Under the pieces are notes generated by a model. The model did no database searches, was not told where the DNA came from, and worked only from the letters and a program-made list of their open reading frames with translations. Shown here one piece after another: positions 60,217 to 64,000 of a stretch of 64,000 nucleotides of DNA (position 1 is its first letter; each line of letters begins with the position of its first letter). The stretch lies in NCBI GenBank assembly GCA_040772045.1, contig JAXGYV010000004.1, forward strand, positions 65,432 through 129,431. The letters are read 5' to 3'. Origin of the DNA: Thermoleophilia bacterium (GTDB lineage Bacteria > Actinomycetota > Thermoleophilia > UBA2241). The position numbers and the translations under genes are program-made.

Positions 60217-63200
60217 ATGAGCACGCAGAGCCAGAGCACGCAGCCGTTCGCGCTGATCGTGCTGGCATGGGAGTCGGTGGCGGACCTGTGCCAGGGCGAC
60301 CACGGGGCTTTGCGTAGCGCGATCGAACGGTTGTGCGCGCTCGGTGTGGACATCGCTGTGGTGGCGGGGGACGACCTCGCCACGGTAGACGGTTGTCTTG
60401 TCGCCCGGCCCGGAATCGAGGGCCGTCTGTTCTTCGTCCTCTCGAACGGCGCCGAAAGCTACTCGGTCGGGCCGGGGGGGCCACGCCTCGTCGAACGCAG
60501 TCATCCCGTGGACCGCTGGGAGCGGGCGTTGCAGGAGGCCGCCGAGGCCGTGTGCGCGGTCCTTGGGGAACTGGGCGTCCATGCGAGGCTGGCAGGTGGT
60601 TCGCGCGGCTATCGCATGCTCGATCTCGCGCCGGAGTACCGTGCTGACATGGCTGTCGAGGGCGATCTCCGCCAGGCGGTCGAAGGAAGCCTGCGCGCGG
60701 TCGGGCTCGCCGGGTTAGGGGCGGTTGTAGGTATGGCGCGCGATGTGGCGCGCGCGCGCGGCCTACCGCGACCGGTGCTCACCACCGACGGTCGGACGTT
60801 GACCATCGGACTCTCCGGGATGGCCGATGCCGCCCGCTGGGTGGTCCGCAACCTCCTTCGGGGACGCAACCGTGAGCCGGGCGACATGCTGCTGATCGGG
60901 AGCCAGTTCGGGACCCGTGGCGGAGTACCTGGCCGGGAGTCGCGCTTGCTGGTCCCCGAGCTGATGGGCGCCACCGTGATCTCCGTGGGCGACGAGGAGA
61001 GGCCTCCGCCGTCGGTACAACAAGTGGGCGGAGGGCCGCCCGCCGCTCTGAAGCTCCTCGATCGGCAGATTCAAGAACGCGAGCGGGTGGCCCGACTAGG
61101 TTTTCCCCAGGTCAGTGACGATCCGGCGTGGCTGTTTCGCGTGGAGGGATTCGACCCCTTCCGCGAACGCGAGGTCGAAACGTGGTTGACTGTGGCCAAC
61201 GGCCACGTCGGCACGCGGGGCTCGCTCGAAGAGGGATCGGCTGCGAGCACGCCGGCCACCTTCGTGGCTGGCGTGTTCGGCGATGGAACTGCCGATCCTC
61301 CCGTTCGACAACCTGTGCCGGCTCCAGATTGGCTGTGTCTCCGCCTCAGCGTGGACGGAATGCCGCTCACCCTCGCTAACGGCGAGATTGTGGAACATCG
61401 GCGAACCCTGGATATGCGCCAGGGGCTCGTGCTGCGCGAATGGTGCCAGCGAGAGCGAGGCGGCCGCACGGTACGTGTGCGCAGCGCCCGTTTTGCCTCG
61501 CTCGACGACCGCTCGGTGATGGCTGAACGAGCGGAGGCGTCGCTCGAGGACGCGCGCGGGCAGCTCGTCTGGGAGGGTTGTCTGGGGATATCGCATGCGG
61601 GGGGGCCGATAGCCGAGACGGCGGTCGAGCTGCTGGAGCCCGGGGTGATCGCCCTCAGCCGGGGTCGGAACGGCGGCTCGCACGGGCTGGCAGCGGTCAC
61701 GATACCGGTCGCCGGCTCGCCCGTGGTGCGCCGTGTGCTCCAGGAGCGGGATCTCATCGGCGGTTTCGTGGAGCCGGGAGAGCCGGCGAGCGTGGACCGG
61801 TTGGCGGTGGTTCGCGCGGCCCGGAGCCGGCCGCCGTCGGCGGGGGCGGTGTGTCGCTCGCTGGAGGCGGCGGTGCAGACTGGGTTCGACGAGTTGCTGT
61901 GCCGTCACCGCGACGCGTGGCTGCGGCGCTGGGATATCGCCGACGTGGTCATCGACGGCGACCCGGAGGCACAGATGGCCGTCCGCTTCGCCATCTACCA
62001 CATGATCGCCAGCGCCGATCCAGACAACCCCAGTGTGTCCGTCGGCGCTCGCGGGCTCTCCGGCATGTCGTACTTCTGCCATGTCTTCTGGGACACCGAG
62101 ATCTTCGTGGTCCCGTTCTTCATCTACACGTGGCCAGAGGCGGCGCGCACGCTGCTCGCCTATCGGCACCGGCTGCTGCCGGGCGCGCGTCAGAAAGCTC
62201 AGACGATGGGCCACAGGGGGGCTCTGTTCCCGTGGGAATCAGCCGACACGGGGCACGAGACAACGCCTCCCTACGGCTACGGTCCGGGGGGCGAGAAGGT
62301 TCCCATTCTGTCTGGCATCATGGAACATCACATCTCCGCCGATGTGGCCTGGGCAGTGTGGGAATACTGGATGGTGACCGGAGATGATGGCTTCATGGTC
62401 GAGATGGGGGCGGAGCTGCTGCTGGACACAGCCCGCTTCTGGGCCTCTCGAGCTTCCTACGAGGCGGACGGCAGGTACCACATCCGCCTCGTCGTCGGCC
62501 CAGACGAGTACCACGACTCGGTGGACGACAACGCGTACACGAATGTCTTGGCGCGGTGGAACATCCGCCGCGCCCTCGATGCCTTGGCATGGCTGCGAAA
62601 GCACCACGCAGAGGAGGCCGAGCGGCTCATGGCCCGGCTCGATCTCAGCAAGAACGAGGTGCGGTCCTGGCGCGCGGTGGCAGACGGGCTCGTCGACGGG
62701 TTCGATCCAGCCACCGGCCTCTACGAGCAGTTCGCGGGGTTCTACGAGCTGCGCGACCTCGATCCATCGCTGTTGTATCCCAAGCCGCGACCGGCCGACC
62801 TGCTGCTCGGCCGCGAGTTGACGCAGGCATCCAAGGTGGTCAAGCAGGCTGACGTGGTGATGCTCTGCCATCTCTTGACGGACGAGATCGACGCCGAGAC
62901 AACGCGGCGCAACTACGAGTACTACGAACCGGTGACGGTCCACGGCAGCTCGCTCTCGCCGGCGACGCACGCAGCCGTTGCCGCCGAAATAGGGCTTCCC
63001 GTACAGGCCATGGAGGCCTTCCGGCTGGCCTGTGCGGTCGACCTGGCGGACAACATGGGGAATGCCGCTCGCGGCCTCCATTTGGCTACTATGGGAGGCG
63101 TTTGGCAGGCGGTGGTCATGGGCTTCGCCGGTGTGCGGCGGCGCGGCGCGGCGCTCACGATGGAGCCGCGTCTGCCGGCGGAATGGAGTGGGCTCCGATT

Positions 63201-63399
63201 TGCCGTGCGCTTCCGCGGTGCCGTGGCTCGCTTTCACCTGGAGGAGGACAGGGTGAGCCTCGACGTTTCCGGCGAGTCATTACCGGTGTTGGTCTCCGGG
63301 CAGAGCCTTACTCTGGAGCCCGGGGCACACCGTTTCCAGCGAGAGAAGGGCGGCGGCTGGCGCTACGTCGGCGGCCGGGCGGGCAGGAGGGCGCCATGA
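60217..63399 (+). CDS. glycoside hydrolase family 65 phosphorylase with an N-terminal ~330-aa HAD-like extension (OtsB1-like architecture)
   Basis: GH65 N-terminal beta-sandwich, catalytic (alpha/alpha)6 barrel (HVFWDTEIFVVPF, catalytic acid region) and C-terminal domain. The N-terminal region is Gly/Ala-rich with a weak HAD-like pattern. The track ORF starts at 60034 with GTG. An ATG (MSTQSQ) is preferred. Confidence 0.75.
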   Translation: MSTQSQSTQPFALIVLAWESVADLCQGDHGALRSAIERLCALGVDIAVVAGDDLATVDGCLVARPGIEGRLFFVLSNGAESYSVGPGGPRLVERSHPVDRWERALQEAAEAVCAVLGELGVHARLAGGSRGYRMLDLAPEYRADMAVEGDLRQAVEGSLRAVGLAGLGAVVGMARDVARARGLPRPVLTTDGRTLTIGLSGMADAARWVVRNLLRGRNREPGDMLLIGSQFGTRGGVPGRESRLLVPELMGATVISVGDEERPPPSVQQVGGGPPAALKLLDRQIQERERVARLGFPQVSDDPAWLFRVEGFDPFREREVETWLTVANGHVGTRGSLEEGSAASTPATFVAGVFGDGTADPPVRQPVPAPDWLCLRLSVDGMPLTLANGEIVEHRRTLDMRQGLVLREWCQRERGGRTVRVRSARFASLDDRSVMAERAEASLEDARGQLVWEGCLGISHAGGPIAETAVELLEPGVIALSRGRNGGSHGLAAVTIPVAGSPVVRRVLQERDLIGGFVEPGEPASVDRLAVVRAARSRPPSAGAVCRSLEAAVQTGFDELLCRHRDAWLRRWDIADVVIDGDPEAQMAVRFAIYHMIASADPDNPSVSVGARGLSGMSYFCHVFWDTEIFVVPFFIYTWPEAARTLLAYRHRLLPGARQKAQTMGHRGALFPWESADTGHETTPPYGYGPGGEKVPILSGIMEHHISADVAWAVWEYWMVTGDDGFMVEMGAELLLDTARFWASRASYEADGRYHIRLVVGPDEYHDSVDDNAYTNVLARWNIRRALDALAWLRKHHAEEAERLMARLDLSKNEVRSWRAVADGLVDGFDPATGLYEQFAGFYELRDLDPSLLYPKPRPADLLLGRELTQASKVVKQADVVMLCHLLTDEIDAETTRRNYEYYEPVTVHGSSLSPATHAAVAAEIGLPVQAMEAFRLACAVDLADNMGNAARGLHLATMGGVWQAVVMGFAGVRRRGAALTMEPRLPAEWSGLRFAVRFRGAVARFHLEEDRVSLDVSGESLPVLVSGQSLTLEPGAHRFQREKGGGWRYVGGRAGRRAP

Positions 63400-64000
63400 C
63401 AATCCTCGTCGCGTTGGACTTTCGACCCATCTCCGACGATCTCTTAGCGTCGGCCCGCGCGGTCGCCGCGGTGGCCAACTGGTCGCTGCGTGTGCTGCAC
63501 GTGGACGAGCCTGGAGATCCTCCGCCGAGTGGATGGCCGTCTCTCCGGGGTGCTGGGTTGACGCGCATGAGGGGCGACGCCGGGGAGGAGATCCTCCGCG
63601 CGGCGGACGATCCCGCGGTGAGCGTGCTGGCCCTGGGTCTCCGCTCGGAAGGTGAGGCTGGCATCGGGCACGTGGCGCACCATGTGCTGGAGCACGCCGC
63701 GTGCATGCTCCTCGTAGTGCGCCCGGGCATGCGGGTGCCCGATCGCTTGCGACGCATCGTGGTGCCGCTCGAAGGCAGCCCTTCTACATCGGCTGCCATG
63801 CGTGTGGTGGATGAGGTGTTTTGCGCGCGTGGTCGCGAGATCGTGATGGTCCATGTGGTAACCGGCGATACGCCCGTGGAGCCTGGCTCCATGCCCGCGC
63901 CGCGCTTCATGGACCAGGAGCACCACGAATGGGTGGCATGGCAGGAGGAGTTCTGCAGGCGTTTCTCACCCTGCTCCAAAGGCGGCCGACACCGGGTGGC
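63396..64000 (+). CDS. universal stress protein (UspA family), 3'-partial at the window end
   Basis: ATG overlaps the stop of the GH65 gene (ATGA). MTILVALDF..., ...GHVAHHVLEHAACMLLVV, ...RIVVPLEGS indicate tandem USP domains. No stop before the window end. Confidence 0.55.
   Translation, partial: MTILVALDFRPISDDLLASARAVAAVANWSLRVLHVDEPGDPPPSGWPSLRGAGLTRMRGDAGEEILRAADDPAVSVLALGLRSEGEAGIGHVAHHVLEHAACMLLVVRPGMRVPDRLRRIVVPLEGSPSTSAAMRVVDEVFCARGREIVMVHVVTGDTPVEPGSMPAPRFMDQEHHEWVAWQEEFCRRFSPCSKGGRHRV

Overview
High-GC (~68%) bacterial chromosomal segment spanning the replication origin. The gene order is gyrA-gyrB-DUF721-recF-dnaN-[oriC]-dnaA, all on the minus strand. The dnaA gene is translationally coupled to an upstream gene encoding a GHKL-ATPase fused to a winged-HTH domain. 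That gene is preceded by a second cluster of DnaA boxes. Other supported features: a coupled operon for glycine/serine to glycerate conversion (2-hydroxyacid dehydrogenase, aminotransferase, an unusual GcvT-SHMT fusion, glycerate kinase); a TPP riboswitch controlling a thiT-like transporter and thiamine pyrophosphokinase; moeA; a sortase; a lysine 2,3-aminomutase locus (kamA, a RACo-like Fe-S/ASKHA ATPase, an EamA transporter, a BKACE/Kce-like enzyme, and a divergent alanine-racemase-fold gene behind a ~640-nt leader); a GAF-GGDEF protein with a degenerate HD-GYP tail; UPF0182; a type-IV-pilin-like minor pilin cluster; tRNA-Val and tRNA-Asp; a TusA-DsrE-IscS-IscU::DUF59 sulfur/Fe-S cluster; rpiB; several EamA/MFS transporters; a flavodoxin-PNPOx / LOR-SDH / flavodiiron cluster; homoserine dehydrogenase; and a HAD-GH65 glycoside phosphorylase. 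No CRISPR arrays, rRNA or obvious mobile elements were seen. Most short ORFs in the track are antisense GC-frame artefacts.
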